Shown here piece by piece: positions 8,462 to 16,732 of a DNA stretch of 29,561 bases. Both the position numbers and the translations under genes were made by a program. The stretch spans positions 1-29,561 of the IMG/VR virus record IMGVR_UViG_3300026229_000001; one strand, given 5' to 3'. The DNA comes from a virus. The notes beneath the pieces are model-generated. The model was not told where the DNA came from, did no database searches, and worked only from the letters and a program-made list of their open reading frames with translations. How positions within the stretch are numbered: the stretch's first letter is position 1; each line of letters opens with the position of its first letter.

Positions 8462-9508
8462 TCATCTCGCTATCTGATAGTTGTTTGGTGTTTTGTTGTT
8501 TATAGTGTAGCACACTAGTCCGGGGTGGCCGGTGGTGCCCGTCTTGTGCCGGTACCAGACGGATTCTCCTTCCATGGATGGGCATTGGATGAAGGTGCGT
8601 TGTCCTTGCTCGGAGATTTCTAGGTGGTGCCGGTGCCCTGCCATGAGTATATGGGATGTGGTGCCGTTGTGGAATTCTTGGCCGCGCCACCATTCGTAGT
8701 GTTGGTTGTTGCGCCATTGGTGTCCGTGGGCGTGCAGGATGGTGGCGCCGGCTACGTTGACGGTGGTGGTCATTTCGTCCCGCTCAGGGAAGTGGAAGTG
8801 GATGTTGGGGTAGTGGTTGGTGAGCTGGTAGGCTTCTGCGATGGCGCGGCAGCAGTCCACGTCGAAGGAGTCATCGTAGGTGGTGACTCCTTTGCCGAAG
8901 CGTACTGCTTCACCGTGGTTGCCGGGGATGGAGGTTACGGTGACGTTGGCGCAGTGGTCGAACATGTGGACGAGTTGCATCATGGCCATGCGGGTGAGCC
9001 TGATTTGTTCCGTCAAGGGTGTTTGTGTGCGCCAGGCGTTGTTGCCTCCTTGTGACACGTATCCTTCGATCATGTCGCCGAGGAATGCGATGTGGACTCG
9101 TTCAGGTTTGCCTGCCTGTTGCCAGTAGTGTTTTGCAGCGGTGAGGGAGCGCAAATAGTCGTCTGCGAATCGGCTGGTTTCTCCGCCGGGGATGCCTTTG
9201 CCGATTTGGAAGTCGCCTGCCCCGATGACGAAGGCCGCAGTGCTGTAGTCGGTGCGGGTGTCCTGTTCGGGTTTTGGTGGCTGCCATTCGGCTAGTTTAT
9301 CGACGAGTTCGTCTATAGGGTAGGGGTTTGTTGCGGGTTGGTGGTCGATGATTTTTTGTACGGATCGGCCTGTTTCTCCGTTCGGTAAGGTCCATTCGGA
9401 GATGCGTGTGCGGCGCACGGTTCCGTTGGCTAGATTGTCGTCGATGGTGTCGATGGCGTTGTCGTGGTTGGCTAGCTGTGTGAGGAGCCGGTCAATATTG
9501 TCTATCAT
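8462..9508 (-). CDS. Calcineurin-like metallophosphoesterase (SbcD/Mre11-like fold)
   Basis: I chose the ATG at 9508, which forms an ATGA overlap with the upstream stop. The motifs GAGDFQIG, FLGDMIEG, IPGNHGE and HAHGH appear in the canonical order. Confidence 0.85.
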   Translation of the reverse strand: MIDNIDRLLTQLANHDNAIDTIDDNLANGTVRRTRISEWTLPNGETGRSVQKIIDHQPATNPYPIDELVDKLAEWQPPKPEQDTRTDYSTAAFVIGAGDFQIGKGIPGGETSRFADDYLRSLTAAKHYWQQAGKPERVHIAFLGDMIEGYVSQGGNNAWRTQTPLTEQIRLTRMAMMQLVHMFDHCANVTVTSIPGNHGEAVRFGKGVTTYDDSFDVDCCRAIAEAYQLTNHYPNIHFHFPERDEMTTTVNVAGATILHAHGHQWRNNQHYEWWRGQEFHNGTTSHILMAGHRHHLEISEQGQRTFIQCPSMEGESVWYRHKTGTTGHPGLVCYTINNKTPNNYQIAR

Positions 9509-9702
9509 CGGATATCCTCTTTCTTTTGCGGGGTGGCGTTGGCTTGTGTGCGGCGATAGTCTTTTATAACGGTGGCGGAGATGGGGTATCCGGCTTGGGT
9601 GAGCTGTTTTGCTAGCCACGAGGCGGGGATGGTTTTGTCGGCGAGCACGTCTGCGGCTTTGCGGCCGTAGCGTTGAATAAGGGTTTCAGTTTTTGTTGCC
9701 AT
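9505..9702 (-). CDS. Small putative DNA-binding protein
   Basis: 65-aa ORF, translationally coupled to the downstream gene. It has an HTH-like stretch, SWLAKQLTQAGYPISATVIKDY. Confidence 0.65.
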   Translation of the reverse strand: MATKTETLIQRYGRKAADVLADKTIPASWLAKQLTQAGYPISATVIKDYRRTQANATPQKKEDIR

Positions 9703-10246
9703 GATATCCTAGGGGTTGTGTGGTGGGCTGCCATCCGGTGCGGCAGTCGCCGTCGTGTCCTGGTTTGCGGGTGCACCATGTGATGGTGCCGTCTGTGTGG
9801 TTGAGTGTTTTGCCGCACATGACGTCACGCAAGTGCTCGGGCAGTACACTGTCATCCTGGTTGCTGGTTTGTGTGTCGAAGAGTGTTTTCTGGTTGGTGA
9901 AGTGTTCGGATACGGTGCCGTTGTGTACGGGGAGTATCCATGTTTTCCATTGTTGTTGTAGCCGTGTGTTCCAGTGGAATTGTTTGGCGGCGTTTTCTGC
10001 CTGTTTTATGGTTTTGTAGTAGCCGACTAGTATGCGCTGGTGCTGCTGGTCGGGCGGGTTTTGGCCTCGCCAGTATTGTGCCGCGACGGCGTAACGGTTG
10101 TTTTCTGTGAAGGTGTTCCAGCAATATTCGATAATGTTGTTGAGTGTGTCGTCTGTAACATCTGTGTCGCTGTTTAGTGTTTCTTGGGCGATGATGTCGC
10201 GGATGGCTTGCCGATTTTTGGTGGTGGGTTTGAAGGTGATGCTCAC
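9686..10246 (-). CDS. Hypothetical protein with a C-terminal Cys/His cluster
   Basis: GTG at 10246 forms a GTGA overlap with the upstream stop. The upstream part of the track ORF has a noncoding-like composition. The C-terminus reads CGKTLNHTDGTITWCTRKPGHDGDC. Confidence 0.7.
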   Translation of the reverse strand: MSITFKPTTKNRQAIRDIIAQETLNSDTDVTDDTLNNIIEYCWNTFTENNRYAVAAQYWRGQNPPDQQHQRILVGYYKTIKQAENAAKQFHWNTRLQQQWKTWILPVHNGTVSEHFTNQKTLFDTQTSNQDDSVLPEHLRDVMCGKTLNHTDGTITWCTRKPGHDGDCRTGWQPTTQPLGYHGNKN

Positions 10247-10806
10247 GATAGTACCGGCTCGTCTTGCAGGAACTGGTTGAAGGAGCCGTCTCCAGCATGT
10301 TGTGCCTGTGTGATGTCCTGGTCGGTCCAGTCGGGGTGCTGCTGTTTCAGATAGTGCCAGCGGCACGCATTGTAGGTTTCGTTTTGGAGCCGTGTGAGAT
10401 GGTTTTCGGTGATGATGTGTTTCCATATTTTCCAGGAGACGTCGAGTCTGCGGAGCATGTCCATGGCTGGCACATTAAACGAGTTCAGGAAGAGTATTTC
10501 TTCGGTGTAGTATTCCTTCTCGTACTGGCCCCATCCGCTTCGGTGCCTGTTGGGCTGGTTTTTAGGGTAGGCTTCCCGGCATACTTTGTGCAAACGTTTG
10601 GCCATGTCGTCGGGTAATTTAATGTCGGGGTTGGCGCGGATCATGGATCGCATCCCATCATAGGTGGTGCCCCAGGTGTGCATGATATGCAGTGGGTCTT
10701 CACCGTCTGCCCATTTTTCTGCACAGATGGCGAGGCGGATACGCCTCCTAGCGGCCTTACTCGTGTCGCGGCGGCTGGGGATGGGGCACGTGTCGAGGGG
10801 ATCCAT
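10243..10806 (-). CDS. Hypothetical protein
   Basis: 187-aa ORF with an ATG start and ordinary protein-like composition. No motif recognised. Confidence 0.75.
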   Translation of the reverse strand: MDPLDTCPIPSRRDTSKAARRRIRLAICAEKWADGEDPLHIMHTWGTTYDGMRSMIRANPDIKLPDDMAKRLHKVCREAYPKNQPNRHRSGWGQYEKEYYTEEILFLNSFNVPAMDMLRRLDVSWKIWKHIITENHLTRLQNETYNACRWHYLKQQHPDWTDQDITQAQHAGDGSFNQFLQDEPVLS

Positions 10807-10849
10807 GATGTTTTATATGCCTTTCTTTGTTGTGGTTGCTTGTGTGGTT

Positions 10850-11521
10850 TTACTGTAGCACAGTGTCTAGTGCTTGTGTCAACCCTGTTTTGCCGGCCTG
10901 CAGGTAGGTGTCTGTGACATCCCCAACTGTGAGGGGCACATGGGTGGCTTGCGGTAGTGCTTGGGCGAGTGTTTTTGCCATCTGGTGGCCTGCCGGGTCG
11001 GGGTCGGACCAGATGTAGATGTGGTCGTAGCCTTCAAAGAATTTGGTCCAAAAGTTTTGCCACGAGGTTGCGCCGGGTAGGGCTACGGCCGGCCATCCGC
11101 ATTGTTCGAGGATCATGGAGTCGAATTCGCCTTCGCAAATATGCATTTCGGCTGCCGGGTTGGCCATGGCGGCCATGTTGTAGATGGAGCCTGTGTCTCC
11201 TGCCGGGGTCAAATATTTGGGGTGGTTGTGGGTTTTGCAGTCGTGCTGGAGTGAGCAGCGGAAACGCATTTTTCGTATCTCGGCTGGGCCGCCCCAAACG
11301 GGGTACATGTATGGGATGGTGATGCACTGGTTGTAGTTTTCGTGGCCTGGTATGGGGTCATTGTCGATGTATCCAAGGTGGTGGTAGCGGGCTGTTTCTT
11401 CGCTGATGCCTCTTGCCGAGAGCAGGTCGAGAATGTTTTCGAGGTGGGTTTCGTAGAGGGCCGAGGCTTTCTGGATTCGGCGGCGTTCCGCAATGTTGTA
11501 TGGGCGTATGCTGTCGTACAT
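10850..11521 (-). CDS. DNA primase, TOPRIM/RNA-polymerase module
   Basis: 223-aa ORF. It has DnaG-like LSARGISEETARYHHLGY, the TOPRIM motif ICEGEFDSM, and IYIWSDPDPAG. Confidence 0.88.
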   Translation of the reverse strand: MYDSIRPYNIAERRRIQKASALYETHLENILDLLSARGISEETARYHHLGYIDNDPIPGHENYNQCITIPYMYPVWGGPAEIRKMRFRCSLQHDCKTHNHPKYLTPAGDTGSIYNMAAMANPAAEMHICEGEFDSMILEQCGWPAVALPGATSWQNFWTKFFEGYDHIYIWSDPDPAGHQMAKTLAQALPQATHVPLTVGDVTDTYLQAGKTGLTQALDTVLQ

Positions 11522-11768
11522 TCGGGTTTTCTTTCTCTAATTGTTGTTGTAGTTTGGCGAGTCCGCCTCCGACACCGCATGTGTGGCAGTACCAGACGCC
11601 CTTGTCGAGGTTGATGCTCATGGAGGGCTGGTGGTCGTCGTGGAACGGGCAGAGTATGTGTTGCTCGTTCTTGGACGGATTGTACCGTATCTGGTAGGTG
11701 TCGAGGAGGCGGCAGGTGTCAGAGGTGTGGGAGGAGCTCGTTGAGGGTTGATACCACATAGGCTTCAC
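11358..11768 (-). CDS. DNA primase zinc-binding (CHC2) module, in a different frame from the TOPRIM ORF
   Basis: It carries the motif CPFHDDHQPSMSINLDKGVWYCHTCGVGGG. Plausible starts are GTG 11768 or ATG 11759. Beyond about 11521 the frame turns Pro/Arg-rich and overlaps the TOPRIM ORF, so the true 3' end is uncertain. Confidence 0.75.
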   Translation of the reverse strand: MKPMWYQPSTSSSHTSDTCRLLDTYQIRYNPSKNEQHILCPFHDDHQPSMSINLDKGVWYCHTCGVGGGLAKLQQQLEKENPNVRQHTPIQHCGTPPNPESLGPLRNPPRKHSRPALGKRHQRRNSPLPPPWIHRQ

Positions 11769-12078
11769 TCCAGGGTTTGTTGCGCTGTTTCATGATGACG
11801 AGTCCGATAGTGGACTGGTTTTCGCGGTTTCGGTGTGTTTCGTAGTTGCGTGCCTCCCGGCTGGCTTGTCTCACGAATTCGGCGAGATGGGGCTGGCCCG
11901 CTTTCGCTTCTATCACATAGGTTTTGTTGCCGGTTTTGAGGATGAGGTCGCCTTCATCCTCTTTACCGTTGAGGTGGAGGCGCTCAATATTGTGTCCGGT
12001 GTCGCGTAGCTGGTGTAATAGTCGTGTTTCCCATTCTGCGCCTGCCCTGCGGTTGCGTGACTGTTGTGAAGCCATCAT
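11719..12078 (-). CDS. PD-(D/E)XK nuclease, archaeal Hjc-type Holliday-junction-resolvase-like
   Basis: 119-aa ORF. It shows the pattern GAEWE...GDLIL...YVIEAKAG (E, D, ExK). The ATGATG start overlaps the helicase stop. Confidence 0.75.
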   Translation of the reverse strand: MMASQQSRNRRAGAEWETRLLHQLRDTGHNIERLHLNGKEDEGDLILKTGNKTYVIEAKAGQPHLAEFVRQASREARNYETHRNRENQSTIGLVIMKQRNKPWSEAYVVSTLNELLPHL

Positions 12079-12938
12079 AGTCCTTTATGTTCTTGTGTCA
12101 TGTTCCATGGCTGTTTTTCGGCAAGTGGCCCGAAGAATGTGTATTCGGGGTAGGCTCGGAGCCGTTCGTATCGGGTGCCGTCGGGGCTGGATTTGCCGGT
12201 GCGCTGTTTAAGTACGGCGATGCGCGCCTCTGCCGGTATCGTGAGCCCGTTGCCGTTATCCTCGCCACCATACAATGAGACTCCGAGGATGAGTTGTGGT
12301 TTTTCGGAGAGGCCGTTTTTAATTTCCCTGCGTGCCGGCGGGTGTTCGATGTCGGAGCCGGTTTTGTCGGTTGCGTGGTGGGTGACAATAATGGTGGAGC
12401 CAGTATCTCTACCTAACGCTGTGATCCATTGCATGGCTTCTTGCTGGGCTTGGTAGTCGGATTCGCAGTCTTGAATGTCCATCAGGTTGTCGATAACAAT
12501 GATGGGCGGGAAGGTGTTCCACATTTCCATGTAGGCTTGTAGCTCCATGGTGATGTCTGTCCATGTGATGGGTGACTGGAATGAGAATGTGATGTGTTGG
12601 CCGTGGTGGATGCTGTCTCGATAGTATTCTGGCCCGTAGTCGTCGATGTTTTGTTGTATCTGGGCGGTGGTGTGTTGTGTGTTGAGTGAGATGATTCGTG
12701 TGGAGGCCTCCCAGGGTGTCATGTCCCCTGATATGTAGAGGGCGGGCTGGTTGAGCATGGCGGTGATGAACATGGCTAGCCCGGATTTTTGGCTGCCGGA
12801 CCGCCCCGCGATCATGACGAGATCCCCTTTGTGGATGTGCATGTCCAGGTTGCGGTAGAGGGGTTCTAGCTGGGGTATGCGGGGCAGTTCGGCTGCGGTT
12901 TGGGAGGCTCTCTCGAAGGATCTTTGGAGAGAGAGCAT
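12075..12938 (-). CDS. DnaB-like replicative helicase (RecA-fold domain)
   Basis: 287-aa ORF. Walker A is AGRSGSQKSG and Walker B-like is PPIIVIDNLMD. It sits next to the primase. Confidence 0.88.
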   Translation of the reverse strand: MLSLQRSFERASQTAAELPRIPQLEPLYRNLDMHIHKGDLVMIAGRSGSQKSGLAMFITAMLNQPALYISGDMTPWEASTRIISLNTQHTTAQIQQNIDDYGPEYYRDSIHHGQHITFSFQSPITWTDITMELQAYMEMWNTFPPIIVIDNLMDIQDCESDYQAQQEAMQWITALGRDTGSTIIVTHHATDKTGSDIEHPPARREIKNGLSEKPQLILGVSLYGGEDNGNGLTIPAEARIAVLKQRTGKSSPDGTRYERLRAYPEYTFFGPLAEKQPWNMTQEHKGL

Positions 12939-12978
12939 CGGGACCTTATCTATCTATCGGTTGGATGTGTATTGGCGG

Positions 12979-13452
12979 TCAGATGGAGTCGATGTCGATA
13001 TCAGCATCAGTTGAGGCTGTGGTGTCGTCTAGCTGACCGTTATCGCGCTTGTCTACATATTCGGCAACCTTATCGTAGATGGCGTCGTCTAATGGTTTGA
13101 GCACGACCGCGTTGAACCCGTTTTTGGTGCGTACGGTGGCTAGTTTGAAGGCCTGCTCCTCGCCAAGGTACGCCTCTAGATCGCGGATCATGGAGTGTGG
13201 GCGGTCATTGTTGCCGCGGGCTTTCTCAATAATAGCGTTGGGGATTGTTTCTGGGGTGCCATTGTTGAGATCATCTAGGGTGTGGAAGATGGTCACATCA
13301 GCATAGATGCGGTCGGCGGTTTGTCCGCCGTAGCCTTCGGTGTTGTGCTGAACGTCGCGGATTTTGAAGGCGATGGCGGTGGCATCCTGGTTTCGGGAAG
13401 GGTTGAAGAAGGTGCTGTTGCTGTTGTTGTTGCGGTAGTTTGCGAGTCCCAT
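12979..13452 (-). CDS. Hypothetical protein with an acidic C-terminal tail (possible ssDNA-binding or recombination accessory protein)
   Basis: 157-aa ORF with the RBS AAAGGAAA. The tail ...DDTTASTDADIDIDSI resembles the protein-recruiting tails of SSBs. No OB-fold motif can be verified by eye. Confidence 0.7.
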   Translation of the reverse strand: MGLANYRNNNSNSTFFNPSRNQDATAIAFKIRDVQHNTEGYGGQTADRIYADVTIFHTLDDLNNGTPETIPNAIIEKARGNNDRPHSMIRDLEAYLGEEQAFKLATVRTKNGFNAVVLKPLDDAIYDKVAEYVDKRDNGQLDDTTASTDADIDIDSI

Positions 13453-13503
13453 AACTTGATTTTCCTTTTACTGTTGTGTCTGTTTTTGTTGTCTTATATT
13501 GGT

Positions 13504-13914
13504 TTATCGGGTGAGGCTGTTTCGTTTGCTGCGGAAAGCCTCTGACACGTCACTGTTACTGGTAATGATCTTCTTGTACTGTTTCAGAAGGTCTGCTAGC
13601 TGTGCTTTGCTTGTTGCGTTGTTGATTTTGTTGATGATGATATCGTTTTCTTTGGATGCGATGTTGTTGACATAGTTTTTGGCTGCCTGGTTGTATCGGT
13701 CTTGGAGGATGATGGATGCGCTTGCTACCAGGGTGGCTAAATCCCAGTCTTTGGAGACTGTTTCATCTTTCAATCCTCCCAACAGATCGATGATGGCCTG
13801 TTTTGCCTGATCGGCGGTGTCTCCTCGGATGACTATCCATGGGGCAGCATAGTCTCCACCATATTTGAGTGTGATCGTGAATCGATCATTGTCTGTGATA
13901 TGCTCGTCGGTCAC
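13504..13914 (-). CDS. Hypothetical protein
   Basis: GTG at 13914 forms a GTGA overlap with the exonuclease stop. 136 aa, Lys/Asn/Ile-rich in the C-terminal half. Confidence 0.7.
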   Translation of the reverse strand: MTDEHITDNDRFTITLKYGGDYAAPWIVIRGDTADQAKQAIIDLLGGLKDETVSKDWDLATLVASASIILQDRYNQAAKNYVNNIASKENDIIINKINNATSKAQLADLLKQYKKIITSNSDVSEAFRSKRNSLTR

Positions 13915-14858
13915 GTGTTTTCCTTTTCTTTGTTTTCGGCTTCTGGTGGCTGTACTGTGGTTTCTATCGGGTATCTGTAGGCGTCTTTCCCGTCTACCGC
14001 CCAGCAGGCGTCCTTGACGGGGCATCCTTTGCAGAGTGCTGTGACGTGGGGTACGAAGATGCCTTGGCTGATTCCTTTCATTGCTTGACTGTACATGGAT
14101 GATACATGCCGGTAGGTGTTGTTGTCAAGGTCGTAGAGTTCGGTTGCTGTGCCCCGTGTCGGGGACTGGTCGTCGTTGCGGCTGGTGGCTGGCGTCCAAA
14201 ACATGCCTTTCGTCACATGGATGCCGTGTTGGTTGAGCATGTACCGGTATGTGTGCAGCTGCATACTGTCGGCGGGTAGGCGTCCGGTTTTGAGGTCCAA
14301 AATGAAGGTTTCACCCGTATTTGTATCTGTGAATACCCGGTCAATATATCCGACTATTTTTGTGCCGTCTTGGAGGGTGGTTTCTACAGGGTATTCGATG
14401 CCTGGCTGGCCGTCAATAACAGCGGTGATGTATTCTGGGTGGTTGCGCCTCCATGTTTTCCACCGGTCCACGAAGGTGGGGCCGTACATCATCCACCAAT
14501 TGTAGTCTTTCTTGTGTGGCCCGCCCGACTCGCACATGTTTTTGCACACTCGGCCGGAGGGTTTGATGTTTGTGCCTTCGGATTCGGCGAGGGCGACTTG
14601 GGTGTCGAAAATGTTTTTGAAGGATGAGAGTTTGTCTGGCAGTTCAGGGTATTCGGCGGGATTGTACAGGTGTAGGTCGTATTGTTCGGTGATGTGGTGT
14701 ATGGCGCTTCCGGCGATGGTGGCGTACCAGGTGTGGTGTTGGGTGTGGTAGCCGTGGGATAGGCGCCATTTTTCACCGCATTCGGCCCACTGTGACAGTG
14801 ATGAGTAGGAGATGTGGCCTGGATGGTGGATGGTTTTCGGGTATTGTGCTAGAGGCAT
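13911..14858 (-). CDS. Cas4/RecB-like PD-(D/E)XK exonuclease with a four-Cys cluster
   Basis: ATG at 14858 forms a TAATG overlap with the upstream stop. There is an N-terminal Cys in SQWAECGEKW and a C-terminal CKGCPVKDAC, and the core reads IDRVF...ILDLKTG. Confidence 0.85.
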   Translation of the reverse strand: MPLAQYPKTIHHPGHISYSSLSQWAECGEKWRLSHGYHTQHHTWYATIAGSAIHHITEQYDLHLYNPAEYPELPDKLSSFKNIFDTQVALAESEGTNIKPSGRVCKNMCESGGPHKKDYNWWMMYGPTFVDRWKTWRRNHPEYITAVIDGQPGIEYPVETTLQDGTKIVGYIDRVFTDTNTGETFILDLKTGRLPADSMQLHTYRYMLNQHGIHVTKGMFWTPATSRNDDQSPTRGTATELYDLDNNTYRHVSSMYSQAMKGISQGIFVPHVTALCKGCPVKDACWAVDGKDAYRYPIETTVQPPEAENKEKENT

Positions 14859-15217
14859 TACTGGTCGCCTTTGTGGGTGTTCCATGGGTTGCGGGTGTCT
14901 ACCCCGGCATTGTGTTGCTGGTATGCGAGGAGTGCGAGGCAGTGCCAGGCAGCATGTGCCAGGTGGGGTAGCCCGGATTCATAATCGAGGTTGTTTCCTT
15001 GCTGCCATGATAGCAGGTGCCTGTAGAGGGCGTCAACGCTGTGGCTCCACGGATAGCCGCCGGTCCAGTTGTTGTCGCCGTATTTGGTGGCGCCGTAGCC
15101 TGCCACGGAGCCTAGGGCGTGTAAGGCTGCGGGGTCGATGAGGGATAGCCTGCAAAGTTTGAGTTCTTTCTTGGCGCCAGTATCAGGGTCGGTGTACATG
15201 CGGGTGGGCTCATCCAT
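14858..15217 (-). CDS. DUF5664-like protein (family annotated as the N-terminal domain of phage dATP/dGTP diphosphohydrolases)
   Basis: 119-aa ORF with the RBS AAGGAG. The pattern GATKYGDNNW...ALYRHLLSW...ESGLPHLAHAAWHCLALL matches my recollection of that family. This is not database-verified. Confidence 0.65.
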   Translation of the reverse strand: MDEPTRMYTDPDTGAKKELKLCRLSLIDPAALHALGSVAGYGATKYGDNNWTGGYPWSHSVDALYRHLLSWQQGNNLDYESGLPHLAHAAWHCLALLAYQQHNAGVDTRNPWNTHKGDQ

Positions 15218-15242
15218 GGTGTGTGTGCTCCTTGAGTGTGGG

Positions 15243-15326
15243 TTACTGGTTGGGGTTGTGGGCGAGTGCTACGGCGAGGATGATGATGGCGAGGGTTTCT
15301 GCGATGAGGATGGGTGTTGTGATCAT
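15243..15326 (-). CDS. Possible 27-aa single-pass membrane peptide
   Basis: The sequence is MITTPILIAETLAIIILAVALAHNPNQ. The ATG forms an ATGA overlap with the upstream stop. It is very short, so this call is tentative. Confidence 0.45.
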   Translation of the reverse strand: MITTPILIAETLAIIILAVALAHNPNQ

Positions 15327-15526
15327 TTGGTGTCGCGGGGATTGGTGGTGAGTGTGGAGGCGCCTAGGAGGGTGGTGAGGGCGCATGCGGCGATGATGGC
15401 GAGGGCGGCTTTGTGGCTGGTGCCGGTGGCGTACATCCATGTGATGATGCCGCCTTGGATCCAGGCGAGGCTGGTGAAGAACGTTTCGTAGCTGTGTAGC
15501 TCAATGTTGTTGTTGGGTGTGTTCAT
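15323..15526 (-). CDS. Small two-helix membrane protein
   Basis: 67-aa ORF with hydrophobic segments LAWIQGGIITWMYA and ALAIIAACALTTLLGA. It has ATGA coupling on both sides. Confidence 0.7.
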   Translation of the reverse strand: MNTPNNNIELHSYETFFTSLAWIQGGIITWMYATGTSHKAALAIIAACALTTLLGASTLTTNPRDTK

Positions 15527-15750
15527 GCTTGCTCCTGAAGAATGGTGTTGATGGTTTTGTAAATGTTGTACAGGTCGGCTTCGATGGTTTGTAGCTGTTT
15601 GATTTGGTGGTCGAGGTTAATGTGTGGGTTGAGGGTGTTGATGCGGGAGGCGATGTCGGTGGCTGTGCGTAGTGTACCGCCGGTGTGGTGAATGATGTGT
15701 GCCGTGTCGGCGAGTCCGGTGGTGACAGCGTAGTGGGAGAGGAGAGGCAT
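15523..15750 (-). CDS. Hypothetical protein (75 aa)
   Basis: ATG at 15750 after AAGGA. The upstream part of the track ORF (15751-16092) overlaps the better-supported 15768..16301 gene and has Arg/Pro/His-rich off-frame composition. Confidence 0.65.
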   Translation of the reverse strand: MPLLSHYAVTTGLADTAHIIHHTGGTLRTATDIASRINTLNPHINLDHQIKQLQTIEADLYNIYKTINTILQEQA

Positions 15751-15767
15751 AGCGGTCCTTGACGGGG

Positions 15768-16301
15768 TTACTGTTGCGGGTTGATGTTGAGGTCGGTGAC
15801 GTTGGGGTGGTCTTCTGTTCCGGTGACGAGGCAGTGGACGGTGACGGGGAGTTTGGATGCTCCCGGCTGGCGGACGGTAGCGCCGTAGACGATGCTGAAC
15901 GTGTCTTTGCCAATAATTTTGTGGAGTTGGAGGTCGATGTCGGGGTTGCCGTTCCAGTTGACACCCTGTGCTGCGGCCTGTTGTTCGGCTTTGCGGTTGC
16001 AGGTGTGTGCCGCGGTGATCATGGTCAGCCCCTTGCTGGTTTCTTCCCCCCTTGCTTGGGCTTGCCGGTGGGCTTTGGCCTGCTCGGTCCACAGTGACTG
16101 TTCTGCGGCAGCCTGGCGGGCTTTCTTTTCGGCTTTGCGCTGTTGGACGGTTTCAGGTGTCCAGGCGGTGTTGGCTGTGGTGGCTTGTGGAGCTGGCTGT
16201 GAGGCGAGTGGCGGATTGTCGTCTGGGGCTGGCATGAAGGAGGCTGCGGCGATGATGGCGAGAGTGGCGCCGGCGATGGTGTAGCCTGTTTTCTTGTTCA
16301 T
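15768..16301 (-). CDS. Membrane-anchored or secreted protein
   Basis: 177-aa ORF. It has the N-terminal signal/anchor TIAGATLAIIAAASFM, a Pro/Gln/Ala-rich linker, and a folded C-terminal domain. The RBS GGAAAGGGG lies upstream. Confidence 0.78.
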   Translation of the reverse strand: MNKKTGYTIAGATLAIIAAASFMPAPDDNPPLASQPAPQATTANTAWTPETVQQRKAEKKARQAAAEQSLWTEQAKAHRQAQARGEETSKGLTMITAAHTCNRKAEQQAAAQGVNWNGNPDIDLQLHKIIGKDTFSIVYGATVRQPGASKLPVTVHCLVTGTEDHPNVTDLNINPQQ

Positions 16302-16372
16302 GGCTTTGTGTTCCCCTTTCCGGGGTGTTGTTCGTTGCTGACATGATCAATACTTTCAGCGGCTGGACCCAC

Positions 16373-16402
16373 TGTCAAGGTGTCGCTCAAGTGTTGTGAG
16401 CG
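16373..16402 (-). promoter_or_regulatory. Palindrome-plus-TTGACA box, copy 1 (candidate leftward promoter/operator)
   Basis: Read on the minus strand: CGCTCA-caacact-TGAGCG, then 5 nt, then TTGACA. The hexamer starts 77 nt upstream of the ATG at 16301. The architecture is the same as at 17135-17164. No convincing -10 hexamer at 17 nt. Confidence 0.45.
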
Positions 16403-16423
16403 ATGCTGTTGTGGCTTGGGGTT

Positions 16424-16732
16424 TTATCGGGCACACAGGGTTAGCAGGTGGCCCACATTGATGCGGGTCACATTCCAGTAGAGTTGCGTGGCTTCACCAC
16501 CAGTGAGCGGCTTCCACTCGTCATGGCTGAACACGGTGCCATCGGATGCGATGAATGTGTTGGGGCGTAGCTTGTGAAGTTCAGTCTCTACATGCTGCCG
16601 GTAGGTTTCGGCGAGGCTCTCGAAATCGAGGTGGTCGCAGGAGAGGTTTTCGAGGCGTGTCAGGTCGAAAGGCTCAGGGCAGTCCGGGGTGTGGGTGTAG
16701 AGCTGGGTGAAGTGGTTGGCGATCTTCTGCAT
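16424..16732 (-). CDS. Early-region hypothetical protein, paralogue A (102 aa)
   Basis: ATG at 16732 after AAAAGGAA. It aligns without gaps over the C-terminal 60 residues with the product of 16770..17078. Confidence 0.75.
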   Translation of the reverse strand: MQKIANHFTQLYTHTPDCPEPFDLTRLENLSCDHLDFESLAETYRQHVETELHKLRPNTFIASDGTVFSHDEWKPLTGGEATQLYWNVTRINVGHLLTLCAR

